Shown: in pieces, positions 52,281-64,000 of the stretch
How the letters are laid out: every line of letters starts with the position of its first letter
Numbering within the stretch: the stretch's first letter is position 1
From: Octopus bimaculoides
Lineage: Eukaryota
Assembly: GCF_001194135.2 (NCBI RefSeq)
Contig: NC_068989.1
Location: 77,881,955 to 77,945,954 of the forward strand
Length of the DNA: 64,000 bases
Direction: 5' to 3'
Notes under the pieces: generated by a model
Told to the model about the DNA's origin: nothing
The model's input: the letters and a program-made list of their open reading frames with translations, nothing else
The model's database searches: none
Made by a program: the position numbers and the translations under genes

Positions 52281-52976
52281 GAGTCCTTATACTTAAATGT
52301 ACGTTGAGATATCTTATTAACCTAATCTGCTTTCCTTTGATTTCTGTAGTTATCATCAGTGTATTTTTAGCGATTTAAATAAAATCTTTCACTGTTATTT
52401 CCAGCAGGCAGACATATTTAGTATGTCCTTTGATTAATTTTAATTTTAATCCTTCAGCTATTGAATGTTTTTCTTGGGCCTGCGATCGCTTATATTATTA
52501 ATTCTGTTATTATTATCTTTTAAAATAGTCATTCTGGATGATAACAAAATTAATAGTATCTTAGAAGATTAATTTTCGAGAATTATATATTTTCTCGTGA
52601 TTTGTTTGCCCCTGTATAGAGAGTAAAATTCCACTGAGGACTGTAATGTGAGTTCGGCGCAAAACGAATCAGTTACAGCGCAGATTTCGATACAAGCAGT
52701 TGAGGTATCTCATCGTAGTAACACTTGCTGAAGAACTTAAGGTAATTGATTTAATGTTAATTCATATATTTATCTTGCAAGTACAGAAACCGGTCCACGT
52801 GTGTTCTTATACTTTAATGTAAGTTGAGAGATTTTATTAACCTAATCTGCTTTCGTTTGGTTTTTGAAGTTATCATCAGTGTAATTTTAGCGATTAAATA
52901 AGAGCTTTAACTGTTATTTCCAGCAGGCAGACATACTAGACATACTTAATATGTCCTTTGATTAATTTTATGTTTT
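52281..52976 (+). repeat. direct repeat of about 170 bp, 2 copies (52281-52450, 52801-52976)
   Basis: TTATTAACCTAATCTGCTTTC...GTTATCATCAGTGTA.TTTTAGCGATT...CTGTTATTTCCAGCAGGCAGACATA in both copies. Confidence 0.9.
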
Positions 52977-53084
52977 ATTATATTATATATAGGTGCAGGA
53001 GTAGCAGTGTGGTAAGTTGCTTGCTTATTGAGCATGCGTCGGTCTATTCGGTGTGTTGAATTTTGAAGAATCGGACGGAATTTT

Positions 53085-53995
53085 TTGTGCTGCTTGTCAG
53101 TGGGTGTTATACCGGTAGAGACGATGTATTCAGACCTTAGCGGGCCTGGGTTGTCTTCAGCGGTGGAGGAGCTCGTGAAGGTGGTGGAAAAAATGGATAA
53201 AATATTGGAAAAACAAAGTTTTGCTGAGGTGATGAGAAGCGAAATGAACCTGGCTAGATTGAAGGTATACGGCAAGATGACACAGAAGGTGGGCAGCGAC
53301 GTGAAGTTGTCGCCCCCTAAAAGAATGATGGAGTACATGGAGAAAAAAGCCAACACCTACAAGGTGCACTCTTCGGAGAACAAAAAGGTTGAATAGGTGG
53401 AAACGGCAAAAATAGAAAAGGCACTGAGGGAGCAATCGAGCCAAGAAGAGGAAGCAAATACGGGTGCTTGTCCAGTTTAGGACAATGGAAGAGGCGAGAA
53501 GGCTGGCGAGTGTAGCGGCGATGACGGAGGAAGTGGTGCTTCTGCCTAGGTATCTTGCAAGAAAGACTTCCGAGGTGAAGTTGGAAGGAATCCCACTCGA
53601 TATAGAAGTGGCTTGGGTTGCGGCAGCTGTCTGCGTTGGAAGTTAGGAGGAGGTGGCTGTCCTCCAAGCCACGGAAACAAATGAAGGAAGATGGAGAGGA
53701 AAAACACTGGACCTCATTATGCATGCAGAGGAGAGGCAATTGGAGAGTTTGACGGCGACAGTAACGTTGGAATATATTGTGTTAAGAGTTTGGGTGGAGG
53801 GCAGAGTCCCACGACGTTTTAAATGTGGCCGAAAGGGCCACATTAGAGCGCACTGCCCTCTGCAGAAGAAAATGACAGAAGAAGCAGTTGTAGACACGGA
53901 GGAGAAAAGGGAAGAACAGACAGACGGAGGGGACAAGGAGGAAGAGTGGAAAGTGACAGAGAGTAAAAGGAAGAAAAGGAAGAACAGTGAGTATG
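53085..53995 (+). mobile_element. retrotransposon ORF1/gag-like remnant with a broken CCHC zinc knuckle
   Basis: GC-rich, K/E-rich reading frame broken by stops (53394, 53644); VEGRVPRRFKCGRKGHIRAHCP has its first Cys changed to Arg (CGT). Ends at (TA)n and a gap. Confidence 0.75.
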
Positions 53996-54314
53996 ATGTT
54001 ATACATATATATATATATATATATATANNNNNNNNNNNNNNNNNNNNNNNNNNNNNNNNNNNNNNNNNNNNNNNNNNNNNNNNNNNNNNNNNNNNNNNNN
54101 NNNNNNNNNNNNNNNNNNNNNNNNNNNNNNNNNNNNNNNNNNNNNNNNNNNNNNNNNNNNNNNNNNNNNNNNNNNNNNNNNNNNNNNNNNNNNNNNNNNN
54201 NNNNGTGCGGTAAGTTGGAAGTAGTTGGTTTGTGCCTCTTTGGAACCTATTGTCTTTATTCATCAGGGTATGCTCTTCTAATACATTTCATGGGATAATT
54301 TTGACCTAAACATA

Positions 54315-54316
<2 letters not shown>

Positions 54317-54386
<70 letters not shown>
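54317..54386. repeat. (GT)n microsatellite
   Basis: Direct reading. Confidence 0.95.
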
Positions 54387-54387
<1 letters not shown>

Positions 54388-55429
54388 ATGCGCGTGCGTA
54401 CACGCATTAAATCAGTATGGACTTTTTACGTTCTTTCTGTGTATATTACTTTTTTGTTTGCTCAGAAAGTATTTTTGCTATCTTTTGTGTTGGCCAATGT
54501 TTTAGCTTATATGACTAAAATCTATTTGATTTCTGCAATGTTTACACTAGTTTATTCGAAACCGTCAGTGATTAATAGATATTCAATAAAATATACCACC
54601 TCTTGCAAGGATTATACTTAATGCTTCGAATTTCAGCCCAATGCATATCTTGATGCAGGACATTCTCAAACTTACCAGACATATGTAGACATATTTTCAG
54701 CCATATATATGTTTTATTCATAATATCCGATACAAAACTGATTGCTAATGCATGTAGAAGTTGTATTTTATGAAATATAAATACATTTATTGATGAGTTG
54801 ATAAGTTAGGAAATAACTATTGGTGTTAAATCTCTGCAGAATATATTAACAATGCATCGCCACTTTTAAGATTCTATATTCCGATATTGAATGTCTTCAT
54901 GTAAATGCCACACATGAATCGGTGTATTAAATGTTCAGGACACGAAGCTTGTAATAATAATCTTATTTTGGTTCTTATGCATCTTACAATGTCGGTACTT
55001 AGATGACTAATTGAATTTATAACATGCAATAGATAAATACGATTGTCTGTAGCTGTGTTAATTCACACTGAAAGTTTCAGATAATGTGAGCATAATATAT
55101 GACGAGTTTTATTTAATCATTTAACAAATTCGTAAAGAATATATCAATCTTAGCGTAACATGTGATGTGTAAATTTATTATTGAAAGTAATCAATTAAAT
55201 TATAAAGCCTTTTATCTATTGACTTCTCATACTTTCAATCACGTTTTAATATTCTGGAAGGAAACAAACGAATAAAAAATATAAGCTATGTAATTTTCCT
55301 TTTATTCTGCAAATACTAACCGCGATATTAAAGAAAGTCTGCGATTTTACAGAATTAACACAGATTTTATCGCCAGGAAATTGACAAATTAACAGCAGCA
55401 AACCGAATGAAATACTACTGCTACTACTT

Positions 55430-55494
55430 CAAATAATAACGATGATAATGATAACAGCAACAACAATAATAATAACAATAAAAGTAGTAGTGGT

Positions 55495-55576
<82 letters not shown>

Positions 55577-55598
55577 ATAGTAGTAGTACTAGTAGTAA

Positions 55599-55649
<51 letters not shown>

Positions 55650-55680
55650 CAGTTGTTGTAGTAGTAGCAGTAGTAGTTTT
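55430..55680. repeat. (AAT/AAC)n-(AGC)n-(AGT)n compound microsatellite
   Basis: Direct reading. Confidence 0.95.
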
Positions 55681-56644
55681 CTAGTATAGGGTAACATTAG
55701 TTGGTCAACAAAAATATAAAATAGAAAGTAACGGAATGATTCGTGGAAAACAGGAACACAGAAATCAGTGATTCTGTTTTCCTCTTTCTTGGGGTTAGAC
55801 AACAGTAACATCGTCCCTTCTGGGACAGCCACATTATGTTGGCAAATATCCTTTGCTTGAAATAAATGAATTATAAGGGGAAAATATGCTTAGACTCGCT
55901 TTGAGAAACTTTTTTGTTTTACTATGTAATATAAGTTTTTAAAATGTCTTGTTGTTGGTAAACATATAAAGCATTATTTCATTCTTTTTAGAAATTATCA
56001 GCATGACATAAGATGTGATGATTTGATAAAGTATTTTATGATGTCAAACACTAAAAAAGATGAAAATAATTATATTTTATAGGAAATTCATGGGGTGAGA
56101 TATTCTTTTGTTGTCTTTAAAAAATATTCGTAGATTAGGAATCGAAAGACTAAAGATAAAGCTCTTAGCGTTCACATACGGAGTAATAACTAGTTCCAGC
56201 TAATTCTCCCACGTGATTATATCAATTAATTTCAATTTTAGCCACAAACAACTCCACAAGCCGTTTTCCTATATGTTCTTTGAGGTGTAATTGTGTTTCT
56301 TAGTGATACTCTATTGTATGTGTAGTGGAATAGAAATATATCCATCTTCATAGCTTACGTAAAAAGGAACCAACTGCTTTGAAGACCAAAACTATTATTC
56401 AAAGAAAGCCAAACGATTAATTCCACGCTAAACCTATTTTATTACGAACTCATTGAATATAAAACAGATAAATGACACTCCACATTTTTTGACAAGTGAA
56501 CATATGTGCTGAAGGATGTGTTTAGTAAAATTTTGGTGGAACTGAGGAATAAAGATAACTGGATAGCAGACATGAAAAGCAGCATTTCGCTAAGACTAGC
56601 AAAAACAAAACGCTAAAAGAAAATTATTTACCCAAAACCCGCTT

Positions 56645-59045
56645 GCTTACATTTTACAAAGCTTTAACTGCTGGAACAAATAAACATCTGAAAACAACAT
56701 CTTTCCAGAAGAGTTGAAAAAAAGCGCATACGGCTGTAAAAATCAATTACATAACAGCGAAGGCATAACCGACGGCCGTTGAAGGAGAAAGAAATGCTAG
56801 AGTATGACATTTATGCGATTAACGATGTTCCTCCTTTACACATAACGAAAATACAAGCTATGAATAAAGACTCACGAATAATGTAAAGATCCATCAAAAC
56901 ATTCATGAGTAAAATGAGTAAATGACAAACAACTCTTTTATAGGCGATGAGTTTGGTGGTGCTGGCGGTGGCGATCATAGATGATGGCTTTGGTGGTGCT
57001 GGCGGTGGCGTGGTGGATATTCGTCGTTCGACAAGTTCATTCAAGTTTTTGTTCAGTTCCTGAAATAACTTGTATGCGCCCGAGCATCACGATACTTTCA
57101 TTTATAGATAGAGAATATCTGACGATAGATCTATATAGTTTCCATTTTCTCTCTGACAAGGACAAAATGGAGTTTGGCCGGATGCTATAGAAAATGATAT
57201 CTTGAAAAGAGACAATTTTGTGAGCTCAAACGCTGGAGAGTGTGAATGCAAAGCAAGCTTTTTCCCAATTTTTCCATACCCACCCACCAAGGAAATCTGA
57301 TAGAGAACATATTAAAATTTAATTAGTTCATTTCATTTAGAAGAGGATTAATTCGGGAACTTTTATTCATTTTCTGACTGGAGGTAGTAACATTTTATCC
57401 ACAGTTTAAACGAGAATGGACTGGTGTAGGAAGACAATCGATTAAGGCTTGGACAAGAATTACCGCATGTTGTACGTTACAGTTTATAAACAATACAATG
57501 AGATAACATTGGCGCTTAGAGAAGTCACAGGATAGACAGAGGCTCAGCGGACGACAAAATATTTTGCGTATTTCTTCTAGCTTCTCGTTCAATTGCTACC
57601 GAGATCAATTTCGCTAATCACATTTTAGGATGGACGATAGAATCATTATTATGATATTTGTTCTGGTTATTGCAATTTGAATTCAAACCCAACCGTGTCC
57701 TTGTTGTGCAGTAGATTTAATCTGGCGCACAATTCAGCCGCACGATTTCGTCCTTAGGTAACTTTAGCGGTACTCACTCTGATATAACCATTCAGATCCA
57801 TTCCCTACTTTTAGGCAACCTTTTCCCCCTCACCTCTGAAACTCGTAAGGTTTTAAAAGAGTCAAAGTCACCGGCTATGCTCCACACTAAAATATGAAAA
57901 GGAAGTTATATGTGATACAGATTAGAAAGGTGAAGAGAAATAAGTTCACAAAAGCCACTAATCACATGCAAGATAATGAAATAGACACCAAAGCATAAGA
58001 CAAATGGGAATTTACAAATAAAACAACTAAACAGAATTCAATACACGCAATCGAAAGATTGTCCTAATAGATAAAATATATATGTATGAAAAGCCTAGCT
58101 GTTTTTGGTCAGGAATTATAGATATATCCTCAACTTGATGTTAAATGAGTAGACAGTAAAAATGCTAAAGACACATGTTGCATTTACTATATGTCACACA
58201 AAAATATACATATATTAAATATGTCATGAGTACATGGAAGAATGAATGGAATCGCCTCGCTATAAGTAAAAATACATGCCAAAATAATAATGCTAAATTT
58301 GTATAGAAATTATAAAACATAAAACAAAATGTTAAGGAAGCTAGCAAAATCTTAAGGAGGCTAGCAAATACGTAACACAAGCTGAAATGATAAGGAGGAA
58401 AGTCCAGACATAATGAAATAACTGGTGAATGTCGATAGCAAACTCAACACCGGCTGAACAGCTTAAAACTCAAAGTTGAGGAAGAAGCACGCTCAGGTCT
58501 AAAGAACTACAACCAACTCCCACATATGCATTCCCTCCAATATTCAAATTGACTTATAATGAAATCTCAGTACGTAACACACTCTTCCTTCATTTCTTTT
58601 CTGTTCGCCCTCAGTCTGGTTTCATCTTTCCTCTTCATTTCAAGCCCATATCTGACTGTATAATTTTTGGGGGTTTTCTAGTATCTAGAAATACCTTTTA
58701 GCATTCTGATATATGAGATAAAATGAGGAATCCTCGGAAACTGTTGGCGATATACGGCTGAGAAACAAATTGAACGAATATGCCTTCAGCAATAAAACAT
58801 TCGGTGTTACCCACACATTCCATTGACCTGTAAATGTTATTCCTTTCAAAAGTGAGCCAAGGCTAGTTATCATACTTCTTATGGAAAATTATTTATAACT
58901 ACAACATTCTGTTAGATAAGGTTATCGCATTGAATTATTCAAATTACTTTCATTATGATTTCATTATTAGACAAACATACATTTAGTCTTCTTTGCTGGA
59001 AAATCTCACTAACATCAAAAAAATATTATGTTAGCGTCAATAACT
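56645..59045 (+). pseudogene. tandem-duplication unit A: decayed LRR-type coding sequence
   Basis: YKALTAGTNKHLKT, AVKINYI, NDVPPLHITKI, IENDILKRDNF..NAGECECKASF, ASRSIATEINFANHILGWTIESL, KELQPTPTYAFPPIFKLTYNEIS, VGDIRLRNKLNEYAFS, ENLTNIKKI; colinear with unit B. Confidence 0.6.
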
Positions 59046-59223
59046 TTAATACACACCACTACGTTATAAGCTATTATTGATTTATTTTCCTATTTTGGGG
59101 TTATTCGTGTTCTTTCAAACTAACATAGCGTACTGTTATGCATGCACACGCACGAACATACACACAGCAACAAGCAAACAAACACAAGCGCAAAACTGAT
59201 GGTGTGTTTCTATACTATATACA

Positions 59224-59226
<3 letters not shown>

Positions 59227-59259
<33 letters not shown>

Positions 59260-59282
59260 TATGTGTATGTGTGTGAGTGTGT

Positions 59283-59366
<84 letters not shown>
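59227..59366. repeat. (GT)n microsatellite at the junction of units A and B
   Basis: Direct reading. Confidence 0.95.
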
Positions 59367-59368
<2 letters not shown>

Positions 59369-59719
59369 GTTTGCGTTTGTGTGCGTATAGGTCTAATCGT
59401 GTCAATTCCTCCTTACAGTTTTCAAAGCCTTAACTGATGGAACGAATAAACATCTGAAAACGATATTTTTTCAGAAGAATAGAAAACAAGCGCATGCTGC
59501 TATAAAGCTGAATTACATTATAGAAAAGGCAAAACCACGAAACGTTGAAGAAGAAATAAATGTTTGAGCGTGACATAGATGGATTATCGGGAGGTTTTGT
59601 AACGACGTTCCTACTTAAACACATATAGGGAAAATATTAGCTACGAACAAGGCCTTATCGATGATGTAAAGATCGATTGAACATTCCATGAGTAAATGGC
59701 AAACAACTGTATTATTGTT

Positions 59720-59905
59720 GATAGTGGTGCACGCCAGACAAAATGTTTCACGGCACTTCGGCCGTCTTCACGTTCTGAGTTCAAATGTCGGCTAGGTTAC
59801 CTTTGCCTTTCATTATATCCTCGTCCATAAAATAAGTACCAGATGAACACTGTGATCGATTTACCCGTACCTCTAAAATCGTTGGCCTTGTGTCAAAAGT
59901 CGAAG
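59720..59905 (+). mobile_element. SINE family 1, diverged
   Basis: GCACGCCAGACAAAATG...CACGTTCTGAGTTCAAATG...TTTGCCTTTCAT...ATAAGTACCAG. Confidence 0.85.
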
Positions 59906-60236
59906 TCATTATTATTGGTGGTAGTGGTGGTGGTGGTGGTGGTGGTGGTGTTGGTGATGGTTGAATTGCATGTTCGTTTGATGATGAGTAACCGGTTGTT
60001 CAATTAAATGAATTACCATCTCTTTACATCAAGTATAAGTGACTGTGCATTCAACGGCCAAGTGTATAGTTGACAAAATTCTCAAGCAGAATTATCGCAA
60101 TACTACGTGTCTCAAGACTTCACCGTTTCAATTCCAGATGCAAACCAACTAACACTTCCCATTTGCGAACATTCACTCCCAAAGTATGATTCGACCGCAG
60201 GTTATAGAAAATGATATCTTCTCATGATACAACGCA

Positions 60237-60336
60237 GTGGGATCAATCTCAAAGCATTGTGGGATCAATCTCAAAGCATTGTGGGATCAATCTCAGAGCA
60301 TTGTGATTAATCGCATTGGGATCAATCTCAAAGCAT
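60237..60336. repeat. 22-bp minisatellite (GTGGGATCAATCTCAAAGCATT), 3 full plus 2 partial units
   Basis: Direct reading; head-to-tail with no spacers. Confidence 0.95.
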
Positions 60337-61058
60337 AGTGAAATTACTGCACCTACCAAACATTTTAGAATTGCAGTAATATGACGGAGAACATTAACGG
60401 TTCCTGTGGTTCAATTAGAAGAGAAATGCGTCTAGAGGAATTTTTATATTTTCGTATTCTGCTTTGCAGTAATAAACTTTTATCTCTATGTTAAACTAGA
60501 ATGGACGAGTATAGGAAACAAATCGACATTTTGAATGTTGCAGATGCTTAACAGTAACTAGAATAACTCAATAGACAATAGCTGGATATAAGTAAGTCGT
60601 AGAATCGCAGAAGAATTGCAGTGGAGAACAAATACATAGGCTTCTCGTTCAGTTGCCACCGATCTCAATTTTGCCTTTCACATGTTGGGGTGGACGGTTG
60701 AAACGTTATAGTACAGTATGGGATTTGTTCTGGTTATATATTCTGGGTTCACGGAGATCTTCATTGCCCTTTATTAACTTGAATGGGTCCTACTCGTGTA
60801 TAACCATTCGGATAAAAAGATCAAAATTTTAACTTCTCCCTTCGCCACTGGATCCCAGATATTTTTAGCGTTATATACATTGGTTTAACTGGCAGCAAAA
60901 CCAGGAATAATAAATTATTTAAGATACACGAGAACTCTTTTCCTATGGTAAAGACCTAGTCGAGATGTTTGTCACAAGCACCATGTAGCTTAGTGGTGGT
61001 ACTAAACGAAAGTAAGTTGGCATCATGCTTAGAAATCAATAAATAAATAAACTGCTTA

Positions 61059-61223
61059 GGCGTAGGAGTGGCTGTGTGGTAAGACGCTTGGTTACCAACC
61101 ACATGGTTCCGGGTTCAGTCCCACTGCGTGGCACCTTGGGCAAGTGTCTTCTACTAAGGCCTCGGGCCGACCGAAGCCTTGTGAGTGGATTTGGTAGACG
61201 GAAACTGAATGAAGCCCGTCATA

Positions 61224-61254
<31 letters not shown>

Positions 61255-61663
61255 NNNNNNNNNNNNNNNNNNNNNNNNNNNNNNNNNNNNNNNNNNNNNN
61301 NNNNNNNNNNNNNNNNNNNNNNNNNNNNNNNNNNNNNNNNNNNNNNNNNNNNNNNNNNNNNNNNNNNNNNNNNNNNNNNNNNNNNNNNNNNNNNNNNNNN
61401 NNNNNNNNNNNNNNNNNNNNNNNNNNNNNNNNNNNNNNNNNTGTGTGTGTTTATGTGTTCGTGTGTCTGTGTTTCTCCCCCCCCCCACATCGCTTGACAA
61501 CCGATGCTGGGGTGTTTACGTCCCCGTAACTTAGCGGTTCGGCAAAAGAGACTGATAGAATAAGTACTAGGCTCACAAAGAATAAGTCCTGGGGTCGATT
61601 TGCTCGACTAAAGGCGGTGCTCCAGCATGGCCACATTCAAATGACTGAAACAAGTAAAAGAAT
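61059..61663 (+). mobile_element. SINE family 2, full length (internal microsatellite collapsed into a gap)
   Basis: GGCGTAGGAGTGGCTGTGTGGTAAG...GGTTCAGTCCCACTGCGTGGCACCTTGGGCAAGTG (CORE-like)...[TA/TG]n...CATCGCTTGACAACCGATG...GACTGAAACAAGTAAAAG. Confidence 0.96.
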
Positions 61664-63641
61664 AACAGAGAGAGTATTAGGAGGTAGAGAAATAGACAAA
61701 AATATTAGAGAAAATGCTAAATTACAAATGCTTAGAACCTAATTAACTACACAGAAAGGACCACAGAAAAAATGGTTTAATATTTAAAACAGAGGTAAAT
61801 GCATAAAATATAATCATATTTATCAACACCTTAGACTCTTCGGTAAAGAGTTATAGTTCTATTCGCAATAAGACATTAAATAACAATCTGCAAAAGACAA
61901 GGCGTCCAATATGTGTCTCAGAAAATCCGTCATATATTACACTTACCATTCATGTATGGAGTTTAGGGCCTTATGCAACAGGAAAACATCTCGAATGATC
62001 TCGTTATATGAAAACGTAACAAGCAGAATAATAATACTGAATTAAAATATACATTATAAAACATGAAAAAACAAAAAAACATGTCCTCTCCTCCAGAAAA
62101 CCAACAAATGTATAACAGAGATTAACATGAAAACAAGGTTACTCTAGCATGGACAATAATTGTAGATATACAAATGTAAATCACAACACTCGCTGAACAA
62201 TGTGATACTCAAAGTTCAGCATGGAGGATTTTTAGATTTAAAGAACTACAACCAAACCCAATACATGCATTCTACCCAATATTCACTTATAAACACACCA
62301 TAGTACGTAACATAATGTTCCTTCATTTTCAGTTTTCATCCCCTTTCTAGTTGTATCTTTTGATTTTCATATCAAACAAATATCTAATTGCATTCGAGTC
62401 GTTTCCAAAACAATATCCATTGACGTTTCTATTCCCTTCTATGTTGAAACACCTTTTAGCCATTTGATATATATATATAATAGGGTAAAATCTGAAATCC
62501 CTGGAGACTGTTGGCGATATATGCATTAGAAATAAATTGAATGAGTGTGCCTTCAGCAGTGATAAATCCAGTGTTTCACACACATTTCTTTTTTTGTTTC
62601 GTACGATCACCAGCATGGATTTTTTAATGTTATTCCTTCCTCAGAATCGGCCAAGGTTAGATATTACACTTCTCACGGCAATTTAGTGTTGTGAAATTAT
62701 GTTTAATCAAATTTAGTCAAATGATTTTCATAAAAAACTTTCATCATTCGGCATTCCAACCCATTTTTAGTGATTTAAAAAAAAGATTTTCACTGACAAA
62801 ATCTCAATAACATTAAACAATATTACTTCTGTAGATATTACTTCAATAGATAAATGGGTCACACTCCATTATATTAAAATCTACTATTGTATTACTAGTC
62901 CAACTTGTGAATATTAGAGTTCTTCCGACGTAGCGCGCACATACACACACTCACAAAGAAACACACATAACAGATATTTGTAGGTGTGTTTATATTATCT
63001 ATATATGTGTATATATTTATGTGTATGTGCGTATACATCTAATCATGATCTGTAATAATAATGATAAAGCTAATGATAAAATATTTGATAAAAATGATAA
63101 ACGAAATAATAGTCACATCAAATAGGAAAAAATCAAACAAACAAGATACGGCATATTTCATCCCACACAAACATAGAAGCTAACAGATATCCAATAAAAA
63201 TAGAATTTTATTTAACAATACGATATAATAAAACTCACATTATTGTAAATAATTGCAACAATAAACAAATACTGATTAAATAAAACTGAATTATGTAAAG
63301 TGTACAATATTGACAGGGCTTTACAAAACACTTCCTTGCGATAGTAAATTATCGGAAAGAGACGAAGTTATAATTTTTCAGAATTTTCCTAGAATAAAAC
63401 ACACTAGAAAAATAGAAATAAAAAATTGGTTTTATAATATATGAAGCCTAACTTGATTATTTAATGATAAGAAATAACAACGTTTGATAGAAATATACAC
63501 TATAAATGAAGCAGCGAAATGAACTTTTATCATACGAAAACAAAAATATCTAAAATGGCAAACTTTAAATTTATCTATCTATTTTATATGTCTCTACATA
63601 TTAGTCAGTCTGTCTATTTGTCTTCTGTTTCTCTATGCTCC

Positions 63642-63642
<1 letters not shown>

Positions 63643-63681
<39 letters not shown>

Positions 63682-63745
63682 ACTCTCTATCTTTTCGCTT
63701 TCTCTCTCTCCCTTTCTCTATCTTTTCTCTTTCTCTCCCTCTCTC
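63643..63745. repeat. (CT)n-rich tract
   Basis: Direct reading. Confidence 0.9.
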
Positions 63746-63771
63746 ATTCTCTCTTGCTATATATATATATA

Positions 63772-63965
63772 TTCTTTTACTTGTTTCAGTCATTTGACTG
63801 CGGCCATGCTGGAGCAACGCCTTTTAGTCGAGCAAATTGACCCCGTGACTTATTCTTTGGAAGCATAGTACTTATTATATCGGTCTCTATTGCTGAACCG
63901 CTAAGTTACGGGGACGTAGACACACCAGCATCGGTTGTCAAGCGATGTTGAGGGGACAAACACAT

Positions 63966-63975
<10 letters not shown>
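63772..63975 (-). mobile_element. SINE family 2, 3' half
   Basis: TTTTACTTGTTTCAGTCATTTGACTGCGGCCATGCTGGAGCA...AACCGCTAAGTTACGGGGACGTA.ACACACCAGCATCGGTTGTCAAGCGATG. Confidence 0.96.

Positions 63976-64000
<25 letters not shown>

Larger units (their letters stand above)
59405..62845 (+). pseudogene. tandem-duplication unit B: decayed LRR-type coding sequence with later insertions
   Basis: [84 protein letters not shown]. Interrupted by SINEs at 59720 and 61059 and a 22-bp minisatellite. Confidence 0.6.

Noticed and set aside
56860-57200. Protocadherin remnant (IDRE, KI.A.NKD, IEND)
   Set aside because: The motif spacing does not fit a cadherin repeat, the motifs are not kept in the paralogous unit, and the LRR reading is more consistent.
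60237-60336. CRISPR-like repeat
   Set aside because: Head-to-tail units with no unique spacers, no cas genes, eukaryotic context.
58685-62616. Homologous minus-strand ORFs (LLKA[Y/H]SFNLFL..ISPTVS) as the real coding strand
   Set aside because: They share wobble positions with the + frame VGDI..RNKLNE.AFS. The other conserved blocks have shared stops on the - strand, so + is preferred, though not proven for this block.

Overview
AT-rich eukaryotic DNA from a gapped short-read assembly (14 N-gaps, most flanked by microsatellites). The tRNA-derived SINE families and the heavy (TA)n/(CATA)n/(AAT)n/(GT)n load suggest an Octopus genome; this is an inference, not database-checked. I find no intact protein-coding gene, rRNA, genuine tRNA or CRISPR array. 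The window holds three kinds of sequence. (1) Mobile DNA: about 25 SINE copies from at least 3 families, decayed R4/Hero-type (RLE), RTE and CR1/L2-type LINE fragments, a LINE ORF1-like zinc-knuckle remnant, a mariner remnant, and Penelope-like or foldback elements. (2) Microsatellites. (3) The unexpected signal: much of the apparently unique DNA between the repeats consists of mutually homologous segments broken by stops and frameshifts. They all read on the + strand as leucine-rich-repeat (LRR/LRRCT) sequence. The best interpretation is a decayed tandem cluster of intronless, TLR-like LRR genes, including a tandem duplication at 56.6-62.8 kb with a codon-position substitution bias. All alignments were made by eye and coordinates are approximate. 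AT-rich DNA can mimic LRRs, so this call needs profile-HMM confirmation.
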